From: Candidatus Levyibacteriota bacterium
GTDB lineage: Bacteria > Patescibacteriota > Microgenomatia > Levybacterales > UBA12049
Reading direction: 5' to 3'
Length of the DNA: 64,000 nucleotides
Assembly (NCBI GenBank): GCA_043823085.1
Contig: JBDRBE010000004.1
Location: 133,510-197,509 of the forward strand
Each line of letters begins with the position of its first letter. Within the stretch, counting starts at the first letter, position 1. The notes under the pieces are model-generated. The model ran no database searches. It was not told the origin of the DNA and saw only the letters and a list, made by a program, of their open reading frames with translations. Below, piece after piece: positions 1-10,343 of the stretch. The position numbers and the translations under genes are program-made.

Positions 1-2
1 CT

Positions 3-419
3 CATACTCCAAATGCCCTCGAACAGATTTTAAGTTCTGTAAGATCTGAAGTTAAGGGCAGGCTTATTCATGTTTTTGGAAGCGCGGGGGAGAGGGATTA
101 TAAAAAAAGACCTTTAATGGGAAAAGTTTCTTCAAATTATGCGGATATAGTTATTTTGACAGCCGAGGATCCTCGCAGTGAATCCATTGAAGAAATTTCA
201 AACCAAATAGCACAAGGAATTGAGGATAAAAATAAAATGTTGATGATTCCAAATAGGCAGGAGGCCATTAATAAGGCCATAAAAATGGCAAAAGAGGACG
301 ATTTTATTTTAATTACCGGTAAAGCCCATGAAAAATCAATGAATTATGGTCATGGGGAAGAACCTTGGAACGAATACGAGGCTGTAGAAAAGGTGATAAA
401 ATTGATGAATAAGCGCTGA
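3..419 (+). CDS. murE: UDP-MurNAc-tripeptide synthetase, C-terminal part (starts before window)
   Basis: Frame open from position 3: HTPNAL...VFGSAGERDYKKRPLMG...TAEDPRSE...ITGKAHE, the MurE C-terminal motifs; heads a mur cluster. Confidence 0.93.
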   Translation, partial: HTPNALEQILSSVRSEVKGRLIHVFGSAGERDYKKRPLMGKVSSNYADIVILTAEDPRSESIEEISNQIAQGIEDKNKMLMIPNRQEAINKAIKMAKEDDFILITGKAHEKSMNYGHGEEPWNEYEAVEKVIKLMNKR

Positions 420-566
420 GGTCGGCACAAAAGTTTTCTTGTTCCGCAGCTCGCAACAGTTTTGTTTCATTATAAGCGGAATAGCGCTCTGAAAATGTTT
501 TAAAATTCGGTTCAAAAGTTGTCAGCTCGAAATGCGAACTGCGAAAATTTTATGCCTCCCCGCGCT
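412..566. repeat. Long imperfect inverted repeat (MITE-like) between murE and murC
   Basis: Nested arms GGCACAAAAGTTTTC (424-438)/GAAAATTTTATGCC (543-556), CGCAGCTCGCA (445-455)/TGCGAACTGCG (533-543), AGCGC (412-416)/GCGCT (562-566). Confidence 0.65.
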
Positions 567-615
567 ATCAATATAAGCGCGACTAGGCCTTTTTTGGGAT
601 TAAAGACTTAAGATT

Positions 616-2037
616 ATGAAAAAGATTAAGTGTATTCATTTTGTTGGAATAAAAGGCGTTGGCATGACGCCTTTAGCAATTATTGCCAAAGAAGCTGGTT
701 TTAAAGTGACTGGTTCGGATATTGCAGATGAATTTGTTACTGCAGAGCCGCTTAAAAAGGCAAAGATTAAACCATTTGTTGGTTTTTCAGAAAAAAATAT
801 TTCTAAGGCCGATTTAGTTATTACTACTGGTGCACATGGTGGTTTTGAAAACTTGGAAGTAGTTGCGGCACGAAAAAAAAGTATTAAAATTTTAACACAA
901 GGTGAAGCGGTTGGTCTTTTTATGTCCGGAGAAATTTTTGAACGTCGACAAGTTGGCATTTCTGTTACCGGTTGTCACGGAAAAACTACTACGACTGCAA
1001 TGACGGCTTTAATTTTTAAAGAGTGTATGCAGGACCCAAGTTTTGTAATCGGGTCGGGAAATATTCCGAGTCTTGGTAGTTGTGGGCATTTTGGAAAAGG
1101 AAATTATTTTATTTGCGAGGCAGATGAATATGCAACAGAACCTGTTTTTGATAAAACTCCAAAGTTTTTATGGCAGAAGCCAAAAATCGCAATATTTACC
1201 AACATCGAATTCGATCATCCGGATTTATTTGCATCGGTTGATGAAGTCAGAAACGCGTTTCTAAAGTTTGCAAACCAGTTGCCAAGCGATGGAATTTTGA
1301 TTGCCAACGGAGATGATGCTCAAACAAAAAAACTTATTCAGGATTATAGGGGTAAGGTAATTACTTTTGGATTTTCTCCCGGCAATAATTATATCTTAAA
1401 AAGAGTAAGTATTTCAGGGTCTCAAACTTTTTTTTGGGTAGATGCATATGGAGTAAGTTTAGGGGAATTTAGTATTAATGTTATCGGTGATTTTAATGCG
1501 TTAAATGCTCTTGGGGCAATTATTGCAGCACTTGAATCCGGTCTTGATACGGAAAAAATTAAAAAATCTCTTAAAATGTTCACCGGTACAAAAAGAAGGT
1601 TTGAATATATCGGCAAACTTTCATCGGGGGCATTGCTGTTTGATGATTATGCACATCACCCGACAGAAATTAAAAGCACTTTGAATGCTTTTCGAAAAGC
1701 CTTTCCAAAGTCTAAAATAGTTTGTATATTCCAGCCGCATACTTATTCCAGAACAAAGATATTGTTCGAACAATTTAGTTGCTCTTTTATTGATTGTGAT
1801 ACTGTTATTTTAACCGATATCTATCCTTCTCTCCGTGAGGTTCCGGACCCGCATGTCTCTTCTATGCATTTAGTCAGTGAAATTGCAAAACATCACAAAA
1901 TCGCTTTATTCTGTCCAAAACTCTCTGATGTGATAGAATATATAAGGCAAAAAGACTATAAGGACAATACAATCGTAATAACAATGGGTGCTGGAGATAT
2001 CTATAAGATAGGTGAAAACCTAGAAGTGAAAAGCTAG
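616..2037 (+). CDS. murC: UDP-N-acetylmuramate--L-alanine ligase
   Basis: HFVGIKGVGM, GCHGKTTTT, EADEY, NIEFDHPD, DDYAHHPTEI, FQPHTYSRT motifs. Confidence 0.97.
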   Translation: MKKIKCIHFVGIKGVGMTPLAIIAKEAGFKVTGSDIADEFVTAEPLKKAKIKPFVGFSEKNISKADLVITTGAHGGFENLEVVAARKKSIKILTQGEAVGLFMSGEIFERRQVGISVTGCHGKTTTTAMTALIFKECMQDPSFVIGSGNIPSLGSCGHFGKGNYFICEADEYATEPVFDKTPKFLWQKPKIAIFTNIEFDHPDLFASVDEVRNAFLKFANQLPSDGILIANGDDAQTKKLIQDYRGKVITFGFSPGNNYILKRVSISGSQTFFWVDAYGVSLGEFSINVIGDFNALNALGAIIAALESGLDTEKIKKSLKMFTGTKRRFEYIGKLSSGALLFDDYAHHPTEIKSTLNAFRKAFPKSKIVCIFQPHTYSRTKILFEQFSCSFIDCDTVILTDIYPSLREVPDPHVSSMHLVSEIAKHHKIALFCPKLSDVIEYIRQKDYKDNTIVITMGAGDIYKIGENLEVKS

Positions 2038-2042
2038 AAATT

Positions 2043-3035
2043 ATGGATAAAAAATTAAATGAATTAGAGATGACTTTTGGCCCAAATCGTATTCGAAAAA
2101 ATGAACCGATGAGCCTTCATACGACTTTTAAAATAGGAGGTCCTGCAAAGTTTTATCTAAACGTTGAAAAAATAGATGATTTAGTTAGGGCTGTTAAAAT
2201 TGCCAAAAAAATGAATTTACCGTTTTTTATTTTAGGCGGAGGATCAAATATTTTGGTATCAGATAAGGGGTTTAAGGGACTGGTGATTAAAAATAATTGC
2301 CGCAATTTTGAGATAATGATGGTAAGCGGGAATGTAAAAAATAAAAAAGTTGGAATTAATAAAGCACTAGTTAGCGCTGAAAGCGGAGCGATTATGAATC
2401 AACTTGTTCGTTTTACTATAGAGCATGGTCTTTCAGGTCTTGAATATCAGCTTGGTCTTCCGGGTACGGTTGGAGGAGCTGTCTTTATGAATTCAAATTT
2501 TCCAAAAGAAAATTCATTTGTTGGAGATTGTGTTTATCAGGCGCGTCTTTTGACAAAAGAAGGAGAAGTTAAGGACGTTGATAATTCATATTTTCATTTT
2601 GGGTATGACGAAAGTATTCTGCAAAAGACAGGAGAGATGATTTTGTCCGTAGTTTTTAAATTATCCCCGGAAGCGAAAAATGTATTATGGGAAAGAGGTA
2701 CGAATGCCTTAGAATATCGAAAAAAAACTCAGCCTGCTAAGGCTTCGGCCGGATGCGCTTTTCGCAATATTTCAATGCTTGAGGCAATTAATATTCCCAC
2801 ACCCGATAGAATCACTTCGGTAGGATACTTAATTGAAAAAGCAGGGTTAAAAGGTAAAAGAATTGGGGATGCGGTAATTTCTGATATGCATGCAAATTAT
2901 ATATTGAATGCAGGACATGCAAAAGCAGAGGACGTTCTTAAACTTATTAATCTTATAAAAGGTGAGATATTTAAAATGTTTAATGTCAAAATAAATTTGG
3001 AAATTAAAACAATTGGGATAGATACTTTAAATTAG
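2043..3035 (+). CDS. murB: UDP-N-acetylenolpyruvoylglucosamine reductase
   Basis: HTTFKIGGPA, LGGGSNILV, GLPGTVGGAVFMN, SAGCAFRN, HANYILN motifs. Confidence 0.97.
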   Translation: MDKKLNELEMTFGPNRIRKNEPMSLHTTFKIGGPAKFYLNVEKIDDLVRAVKIAKKMNLPFFILGGGSNILVSDKGFKGLVIKNNCRNFEIMMVSGNVKNKKVGINKALVSAESGAIMNQLVRFTIEHGLSGLEYQLGLPGTVGGAVFMNSNFPKENSFVGDCVYQARLLTKEGEVKDVDNSYFHFGYDESILQKTGEMILSVVFKLSPEAKNVLWERGTNALEYRKKTQPAKASAGCAFRNISMLEAINIPTPDRITSVGYLIEKAGLKGKRIGDAVISDMHANYILNAGHAKAEDVLKLINLIKGEIFKMFNVKINLEIKTIGIDTLN

Positions 3036-3039
3036 AATT

Positions 3040-4365
3040 ATGGAAAAGTTTGTTATAAAAGGAGGTAGAAAATTAACAGGGAAAGTCAGTGTTTCCGGGG
3101 CAAAGAACGTTGCGCTTAAGTCATTGGTTGCAGCCTGTTTAACCGATGAAAAAGTTGTAATCGAAAATATTCCGTTGATTTCTGATTTTATGGTTATGGC
3201 AGATATTATCAAAGAATTGGGAGGAGAAATTACTATTAATAATCACACTGCGACAATTCAAGTTAAGAAATTTACCAAAAATAAAGTTTCATTGGAAAAA
3301 GCCGCCGAAATTAGAACTTCATCAATGTTTTTATCACCGCTTTTATTAAGAGTGGGACATGCTGTGATTCCAAATCCGGGCGGATGCAGAATTGGCGCAA
3401 GACCGATAGATAGAATCATTAAAGGATTGCAAAAAATGGGCGTTAAAGTTTCTTACGACAAACAAGACGGATATTTTCATCTTAAGGCGGAAAAAATAAA
3501 AGGAACCAATTATTCATTTGAGAAAAACACACATACAGGGACCGAGACCCTTTTACTTTTGGCAGTTTTGGCGCAAGGCAAAACAATTTTAGAAAATGCG
3601 GCGCAGGAACCGGAAATTGACGAATTAATAGAGCTTCTAAATAAAATGGGCGCAAAGATTAAAAGAGAAAGCACGCGAAAAATTATAATTGATGGAGTTG
3701 AAAAACTCAATAGTGCTAAATTTAGTATTGGACCTGATAGAAACGAAATTATTACTCTTGCAATAGCTGCGATAATAACAAGCGGAGATATTTTTATAGA
3801 GAATATAAGAAAGACTGGTCTTTTGGAATTTCTTAAAGAATTTAATGCGGCAAACGGAGGATATGAAATTAAGAATCAAGGCATGCGTTTTTATTACAAG
3901 GGTGAAATTAATCCGACAAAAATTACAACTTTCCCTTATCCCGGATTTATGACTGATTGGCAAGGTCCATGGTCCGTGCTAATGACAAGGGCAAATGGAA
4001 TTTCAGAAATTCATGAAACAGTTTACGAGAACAGATTTAACTATGTTCAGGAATTAAAAAAAATGGGCGCACATATTGAATTATTCAATCCAAAAGTTAC
4101 AAATCCCGATAAGTTTTATAATTTTAACTTAAAAGATGACAAAAGTAGCTATTTTCACGCAATAAAAATTTACGGCCCAAAAGAATTACATAATGGAATA
4201 GTTAATATTTCGGATTTAAGAGCCGGGGCAACTTTAGTCCTTGCTGCTTTAGCAGCGCAGGGAGAAAGTGTAATTTTTGGAGTTGAACATTTAGACAGAG
4301 GGTATGAACGATTTGAAGAAAGATTAAATAGTCTAGGAGCTCGTATTAAAAGAGCAAAAAATTAA
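3040..4365 (+). CDS. murA: UDP-N-acetylglucosamine 1-carboxyvinyltransferase
   Basis: SGAKN, PGGCRIGARP (catalytic Cys), PYPGFMTD, DLRAGA, HLDRGYE. Confidence 0.97.
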   Translation: MEKFVIKGGRKLTGKVSVSGAKNVALKSLVAACLTDEKVVIENIPLISDFMVMADIIKELGGEITINNHTATIQVKKFTKNKVSLEKAAEIRTSSMFLSPLLLRVGHAVIPNPGGCRIGARPIDRIIKGLQKMGVKVSYDKQDGYFHLKAEKIKGTNYSFEKNTHTGTETLLLLAVLAQGKTILENAAQEPEIDELIELLNKMGAKIKRESTRKIIIDGVEKLNSAKFSIGPDRNEIITLAIAAIITSGDIFIENIRKTGLLEFLKEFNAANGGYEIKNQGMRFYYKGEINPTKITTFPYPGFMTDWQGPWSVLMTRANGISEIHETVYENRFNYVQELKKMGAHIELFNPKVTNPDKFYNFNLKDDKSSYFHAIKIYGPKELHNGIVNISDLRAGATLVLAALAAQGESVIFGVEHLDRGYERFEERLNSLGARIKRAKN

Positions 4366-4366
4366 T

Positions 4367-5620
4367 ATGCAAGCAGTAATTTTAGCAGCTGGTCTTTCCA
4401 GCAGATTTTATCCATTAGCAAGCGGAATGCACAAATCTATGATAAAGATTTGCGGCAAACCGATTCTCGAGTATACAATCAATGGTTTAAAAATGTCTGG
4501 AATAAAAGATATAGTTCTTGTGGTTAGTTCAACTGGATTAATTGAATCTTATTTTGGCAATGGAGAAAAATTTGGCGTTTCGATGAAATATGTTATTCAG
4601 CCGAAACCACTTGGAATGGGGAATGCGCTACTTTTAGCAGAAAAAAATCTCAAAGGTGATTTTCTTTTATTGAACGCTTCGCATGTTGATATTGGAATTT
4701 TTGCAAAAAAATTAATTGATGCTAAATCAGAAGAAAACAAGTCAATAATTTTAGTCAAAGAAGAAGAAAATACTTGGAAATTTGGAGTTGTTAAGTTGTC
4801 CGGTGATAGAGTGGAGGAATTGATAGAAAAACCAAAAAAAGGAGAAGAGCCTTCAAAATTACGCGTTATCGGGATATATTATTTTTCCAGAAAGTTTTTA
4901 AGCGAACTTAAAAATACACCTCAAGACCATTATCAACTAGAGGCAGCTATTTCTTCTTTTGCGAAAAAAAATTACGTTAAGGCAGTTATTATCAAGGAAG
5001 AAACTATCACCTTAAAATATTCATGGGATTTACTTAGTGTAAAGAATTTTATATTTAAATTGTTGAAAGGTGCGGTTGGAAAAAATGTTAATATCGCCAA
5101 AACTGCGGAAATTATTGGAGATGTTGTTATTGAAGACGGGGCAGAGATTTTGGAAGGCGCAAAAATAAAAGGGCCTTGTTACCTTGGAAAAAATACATAT
5201 GTTGGTAATCACGCGGTTTTGCGAAATAATGTTGACTTAGGAGAAAATAGTGTTGTCGGTGCATACATGGAAGTTAAAAATAGTATTATAATGTCGAATT
5301 CAAAAACGCACGCAGGGTTTATAGGAGATTCAATAATTGACCAAAATTGTAGAATCGGCACACAGTTTTGTACGGCTAATGTCAGACTTGACAGGAGTAC
5401 GGTTAAAGTTGATTTCAAAGGAAAAGTAATAGATACGGGATTAAAATCACTAGGTATGATTCTTGGAAAGAATGTTAGAATCGGCGTTAAATGTTCAACC
5501 ATGCCTGGAGTAACTATTGGTGAGAATGCAATTGTTGGACCATCAACAGTTGTTTCACAGAATGTGGAAGCAAATACAAAATACTATTCAAAATTTCAGG
5601 AAATTATTATAAAAAAATGA
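4367..5620 (+). CDS. glmU: Bifunctional sugar-1-phosphate nucleotidyltransferase/acetyltransferase (archaeal-type GlmU)
   Basis: N-terminal ILAAGLSSRF nucleotidyltransferase domain plus hexapeptide beta-helix with ANVRLD and GMILG motifs; next to glmS. Confidence 0.8.
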   Translation: MQAVILAAGLSSRFYPLASGMHKSMIKICGKPILEYTINGLKMSGIKDIVLVVSSTGLIESYFGNGEKFGVSMKYVIQPKPLGMGNALLLAEKNLKGDFLLLNASHVDIGIFAKKLIDAKSEENKSIILVKEEENTWKFGVVKLSGDRVEELIEKPKKGEEPSKLRVIGIYYFSRKFLSELKNTPQDHYQLEAAISSFAKKNYVKAVIIKEETITLKYSWDLLSVKNFIFKLLKGAVGKNVNIAKTAEIIGDVVIEDGAEILEGAKIKGPCYLGKNTYVGNHAVLRNNVDLGENSVVGAYMEVKNSIIMSNSKTHAGFIGDSIIDQNCRIGTQFCTANVRLDRSTVKVDFKGKVIDTGLKSLGMILGKNVRIGVKCSTMPGVTIGENAIVGPSTVVSQNVEANTKYYSKFQEIIIKK

Positions 5621-6264
5621 AAAAAATAATTCTTTTTGATATTGATTACACTCTTTTTGATACTCAATTATTTAGAGAAAAGCTTTATAAAAGTATCGCC
5701 AATGCATTAGGTTGTGATATTAAAGATTCATCAGAAAATATTGACGAGATGTACGATGAAATTAGAGCAGAAAAAGGTTATTTTCAGCCAAAAATTTTTA
5801 GTTTGCAGCTTGCAAGGAAACTTGGCAGAGAAAAAGACGCGCAACTCATAGAAAAAGCAATATTTGCAAAAGAAAATTTTAAAAATTGTCTTTATAAAGA
5901 ATCACTTAAGGCTATCGAAAAGCTTTCAAAAATTATATCTGTTGGAATTTTTTCAAAAGGATATAATAGTTTTCAGAGAAACAAGATTAAAGTTCTCAAG
6001 AATGTTTTAAATAATAAAAACGTTCACATTTTTGTTAACAAACGCAAGAGCTTGCCAAAAATTATTGATAGATATAAAGATTTTAAACTTTATATTATTG
6101 ACGATGCTCTGGATGTATTATTTGAAGCCTGGAAATTACGTAAAGACATTGTAACAATTTGGGTAAAAAGAGGAATATATGCCAAAAACCAAAAACCAAT
6201 AGAAAATTTTAAGCCGGATGCTATAATAAAAAACCTTGGAGAATTAATTTCAGTTATTAAATAA
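5617..6264 (+). CDS. HAD-superfamily hydrolase
   Basis: ILFDIDYTLFD motif I, IIDD motif IV, C-terminal KPDAIIKNLGEL. Confidence 0.85.
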   Translation: MKKIILFDIDYTLFDTQLFREKLYKSIANALGCDIKDSSENIDEMYDEIRAEKGYFQPKIFSLQLARKLGREKDAQLIEKAIFAKENFKNCLYKESLKAIEKLSKIISVGIFSKGYNSFQRNKIKVLKNVLNNKNVHIFVNKRKSLPKIIDRYKDFKLYIIDDALDVLFEAWKLRKDIVTIWVKRGIYAKNQKPIENFKPDAIIKNLGELISVIK

Positions 6265-6267
6265 ATT

Positions 6268-8034
6268 ATGTGCGGAATATTTGGATACGTAGGAAAAAAA
6301 GATAACGCGGCCGATACGATTCTTGAAGGATTAAAACTTTTAGAATATCGTGGTTATGATTCTTGGGGAGTTACTGTTAAGGTAGGAAAAAAACTTGAAG
6401 TAGATAAACATGTCGGAAAGATAGGAGATGCAAAAGTAACTCTTCCAAAAAGTTCTCTAGGCATTGGTCATACAAGGTGGGCAACACACGGAGGTGTGAC
6501 AGTAGTTAATGCCCATCCTCATCTGGATTGTTCAAAAACAATCGCAGTTGTTCATAACGGTATTGTAGAGAATTATGAGGAATTAAAGGAGGAATTGAAA
6601 ACGCAGGGACATCAGTTTGTTTCCCAGACTGATACAGAGGTAATGGCTCATCTTATTGAAGAAAATTTAAAACAAGGTAAAGGTTTTGCTACTTCGGTTA
6701 GGGATACTTTTAATAGACTTACCGGTTTAAATGCAATCGCTGTCGTAAATTCCATATCTAAAGAAGTAATTGCCGCTAAAACCGGATCACCTTTAGTTGT
6801 TGGGCAAAATAGTAATGGACTTTTTGTTGCCTCGGATGCTTGTGGAATCATTAAACATACTAGAAGCGTGATTTTTTTGGAAGATAATCAAATGGCCATT
6901 CTGGGAGATAAACTTAAATTAATACGTTTACCCAATGGAGAAGAAATTAAACCAATATTTCATCATCTTGACTGGAAGTTTGAGGAGGTTAAAAAGGGCA
7001 GCTATAAGCATTTCTTAATCAAGGAGATTCATGATCAACCGCAGGTCATTGAAAATATAGCCTTATCTTATGAAGAACAAACAAAAAAACTTGCAGACTT
7101 AATCGAAAAAGCTTTTGGAACCTTTATGTTAGGGTGCGGAACTGCTTCTTATGCGGCTTTGGCAGGTACGTATCTTTTTTCAAGAATTGCAAAAAAACAT
7201 ATTAATTTTTCAACAGGATCGGAATTTAATTACCTAGAAGATTATTTGACAAAGGAAAGTCTTCTTGTTCCTATTTCTCAAAGCGGAGAAACAATAGATG
7301 TAGTAGGGCCGGTTGCAACCGCTAAAAAAAGAGGCGTAAAAGTTGCGGCAATAGTTAATGTTTTAGGATCTACGCTGTATAGACAGGCAGATTATAAAGT
7401 TATGCTTTCGGCAGGGCCTGAAAAGGCAGTTGTCTGTACAAAGGGTTTTACTGCTATGATAGCTGTGCTTATTTTGACAGCTTATACTTTAGCTAAAAAT
7501 CAGGAAAAGGGTAAGAAATTACTTTTAAACGCAGTTAAAAACATTAGAGAAATTTTGCAAAATTCATATCAGCTAAATATAAAGAAACTTGCGCAAGAAT
7601 TAAAAAATAAAGAACATATTTATGTTATTGGGAGAGGATTATCTTATGCAACTGCTCTTGAAACAACACTTAAACTTAAAGAAGGCGCTTATATCCATGC
7701 AGAAGGTTTTGCCGGGGGAGAGCTCAAGCATGGTGTGATAGCGTTAATTGAAAAAGGAACGCCTTGTATTGTTTTTACACCAAACGATGAAACTTATAAC
7801 GATATTATTTCAAACGCGACGGAAATAAAAGCCAGAGGAGGATTTATTATTGGTATTGGACCAAAAAATAATGATGCATTTGATATATTTTTTAAAACAG
7901 CAGATGTTGGTGATGCAACAATTATTCCTCAAATTGTTATTGCGCAACTGCTTGCTTATAATCTAGCCCTTAAAAAAGGAATAAAAGATCCGGACAAACC
8001 AAGAAATCTGGCAAAAAGCGTCACGGTAAAATAA
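6268..8034 (+). CDS. glmS: Glutamine--fructose-6-phosphate aminotransferase
   Basis: MCGIFG, LEYRGYDS, GHTRWATHG, SQSGET, GELKHG, DKPRNLAKSVTV. Confidence 0.98.
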   Translation: MCGIFGYVGKKDNAADTILEGLKLLEYRGYDSWGVTVKVGKKLEVDKHVGKIGDAKVTLPKSSLGIGHTRWATHGGVTVVNAHPHLDCSKTIAVVHNGIVENYEELKEELKTQGHQFVSQTDTEVMAHLIEENLKQGKGFATSVRDTFNRLTGLNAIAVVNSISKEVIAAKTGSPLVVGQNSNGLFVASDACGIIKHTRSVIFLEDNQMAILGDKLKLIRLPNGEEIKPIFHHLDWKFEEVKKGSYKHFLIKEIHDQPQVIENIALSYEEQTKKLADLIEKAFGTFMLGCGTASYAALAGTYLFSRIAKKHINFSTGSEFNYLEDYLTKESLLVPISQSGETIDVVGPVATAKKRGVKVAAIVNVLGSTLYRQADYKVMLSAGPEKAVVCTKGFTAMIAVLILTAYTLAKNQEKGKKLLLNAVKNIREILQNSYQLNIKKLAQELKNKEHIYVIGRGLSYATALETTLKLKEGAYIHAEGFAGGELKHGVIALIEKGTPCIVFTPNDETYNDIISNATEIKARGGFIIGIGPKNNDAFDIFFKTADVGDATIIPQIVIAQLLAYNLALKKGIKDPDKPRNLAKSVTVK

Positions 8035-8046
8035 GAGTTAGGAATT

Positions 8047-8754
8047 ATGAATTATGAATCAAACATTATTATTTTACATGGATGGGGTTTAAACGGAAAT
8101 AAATATTCGAAACTGTCTTCTCTTTTAAAACAAAAAGGATGCAAAGTTTTTACACCGGATTTACCGGGTTTTGGAGCAGAACCTCTAAAATCAGAATCAA
8201 TGACGCTTGGCGATTACATTGATTTTGTTGAAAAATTTATCGAAAAGAATAAAATCCTAAAACCAATTATTATCGGTCATTCTTTCGGAGGAAGAGTTGC
8301 CATAAAATATTGTTGGAAATATCCAAAAAGCGTTTCGGCTTTAATATTAACAGGAGTGCCGGTAATTAGAAATGTTTCTCTTTCAAAAAAAATTGCTTTT
8401 TTATTATCAATTATGGGAAGAAAAATTTTTAGTATTTTTCCATCTTCAATAGAAAACATGATGAGAAAAATTCTTTATTTTTTACTAGGCGAGTGGGATT
8501 ATTATAAAGCAGGAAGATTAAAGCAAGTTTTTAAAAACATTGTCGGAGAAGACTTAAAGGGATATTTACGTGAAATAAGAATTCCAATATTGCTTATTTG
8601 GGGAGAGGAAGACAAAACAGTGCCGGCAGTAGATATAAAAAAGATTAAACAAATTAATAGTACTGTAAAAGAAGTAATTATCAAAGAGACCGGGCATAAA
8701 CTTCCCTATGATCATCCGGCGTTATTTTTAGATGCAATAATTTCCAATTTATGA
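8047..8754 (+). CDS. Alpha/beta-fold hydrolase
   Basis: LHGWG, DLPGFG, GHSFGG nucleophile elbow, WGEED, TGH catalytic His. Confidence 0.9.
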   Translation: MNYESNIIILHGWGLNGNKYSKLSSLLKQKGCKVFTPDLPGFGAEPLKSESMTLGDYIDFVEKFIEKNKILKPIIIGHSFGGRVAIKYCWKYPKSVSALILTGVPVIRNVSLSKKIAFLLSIMGRKIFSIFPSSIENMMRKILYFLLGEWDYYKAGRLKQVFKNIVGEDLKGYLREIRIPILLIWGEEDKTVPAVDIKKIKQINSTVKEVIIKETGHKLPYDHPALFLDAIISNL

Positions 8755-10343
8755 ATGTTATTTTTTACTTAACAGGTTTTTTCTTCTTTTTTTGGGAAAT
8801 AAGAAATATTCTTTTTCTGGTAAATCTTTGGCAGATAAAAGAATACCGTTTTGACAGGCTATTTTCTCACTTAAAAGAAACTTCGCAAGGCAAAGACATA
8901 TTATTCTCTGCGCTTCCGATTGTAAAGTTAATCGCAATTTTAGGTTTTGGTTTTGTTATTTTTAATAATTTTTTGCTCCTGCCTTACCAGCTTTTTATCT
9001 TCTTTATTTTTTGTTTGCAATTCTTAAAGATAATTAAAGAAATTTGGGAGCATACTTTAAAAATACCGGTTTTAACCTTTAAAGCATTATTTATAACAAC
9101 CAGTACGCTTTTTATTGTTTCCCTTTTATTTTTTCTTCCGCTTATAGATAAATTTGCATGGATTTTAATTATTGACAAATTAGTCTTTTTGATAATTGCA
9201 TTTGCGGTTTTTTTTCTATCATTTCCTACGAATTTTTACAGAGGCTTTCAAGAAGAGAGAGCTATAAAAAAGATTAGAAAACATAAAAATCTTTTAGTAA
9301 TTGGAGTTACCGGAAGCTACGGTAAAAGTTCTACAAAAGAATATATTGCGCAGATTTTGGAGAAAAAATTTAAAGTTCTTAAAACCAAGGGAACAAATAA
9401 TACATTAATTGGAGTAACGAATACAATTATTTCCGGTTTAAAAGACGACACGGAAATTTTTGTTGTAGAAATGGGTGCTTATAAAAAAGGTGAAATTAAT
9501 GAAATTTGCGAAATTGTTAAGCCTAAAATTGGCATAATTACCGGAATTAATTCTCAACACCTTTCTCTTTTTGGAAGTTTGCAAAACACTATGGATGCAA
9601 AATATGAATTAATTAATTCACTGCCTTCCGGAGGGCTGGCAATATTTAACGGCAGCAATATAAATTCTTCTAAACTTTATTCCAAAACCAAAAAAAAGAA
9701 AATTATTTATAGTTCTTTTGACAATAAAGCCGATATTTATAGTTCTGATATCCAGATTGAAAAATCTTGCGTTGCTTTTGATGTTCATGCAGAGGGTATT
9801 GATATGGCGCTTAAAGCAAATCTTATAGGAAAGCAAAATGTTGAAAATATATTGCCTGCTGCTTATATTGCAAGATATTTGGGGATGAATATTACCGAGA
9901 TTAAAAAGGCAGTTTCAAAACTTAAACCATTGCCAAAAACAATGACAAAAATAAAATTTTCAAATGGCGCGACTTTAATTGATGATGCTTTTAATGCAAA
10001 TCCGGATGCTGTTTTAGCAGTGCTTGACTACATGAAAATTTATAACGGGAAGAAGATTTTAGTAATGCAGCCAATGATTGAGCTTGGAAAGGATGCAAAA
10101 AAAGAACATTATCGGGTAGCGCTTGAAATTTCAAAGATTTGTGACTACTTAGTTTTAACAAACAAAAATTTTTATTCTTCAGTCTCTATGGGGATAAAAG
10201 ACGGAAAAGGAAAATGTGCTGTTAAAATTTTTAGTCCTGGAGAAATTGTAGATTTTGTTAAGTCTAATTTAACTCCAGCAAGCATTGCTGTTTTTGAAGG
10301 AAAGGAAACACTAAAAGCATTATCCAAACTCCAGTCATTATGA
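8751..10343 (+). CDS. murF: UDP-MurNAc-tripeptide--D-Ala-D-Ala ligase with N-terminal transmembrane region
   Basis: About 160 aa hydrophobic N-terminus, then GVTGSYGKSSTKE, VEMGAY, DDAFNANP, MIELG. Confidence 0.88.
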   Translation: MNVIFYLTGFFFFFWEIRNILFLVNLWQIKEYRFDRLFSHLKETSQGKDILFSALPIVKLIAILGFGFVIFNNFLLLPYQLFIFFIFCLQFLKIIKEIWEHTLKIPVLTFKALFITTSTLFIVSLLFFLPLIDKFAWILIIDKLVFLIIAFAVFFLSFPTNFYRGFQEERAIKKIRKHKNLLVIGVTGSYGKSSTKEYIAQILEKKFKVLKTKGTNNTLIGVTNTIISGLKDDTEIFVVEMGAYKKGEINEICEIVKPKIGIITGINSQHLSLFGSLQNTMDAKYELINSLPSGGLAIFNGSNINSSKLYSKTKKKKIIYSSFDNKADIYSSDIQIEKSCVAFDVHAEGIDMALKANLIGKQNVENILPAAYIARYLGMNITEIKKAVSKLKPLPKTMTKIKFSNGATLIDDAFNANPDAVLAVLDYMKIYNGKKILVMQPMIELGKDAKKEHYRVALEISKICDYLVLTNKNFYSSVSMGIKDGKGKCAVKIFSPGEIVDFVKSNLTPASIAVFEGKETLKALSKLQSL

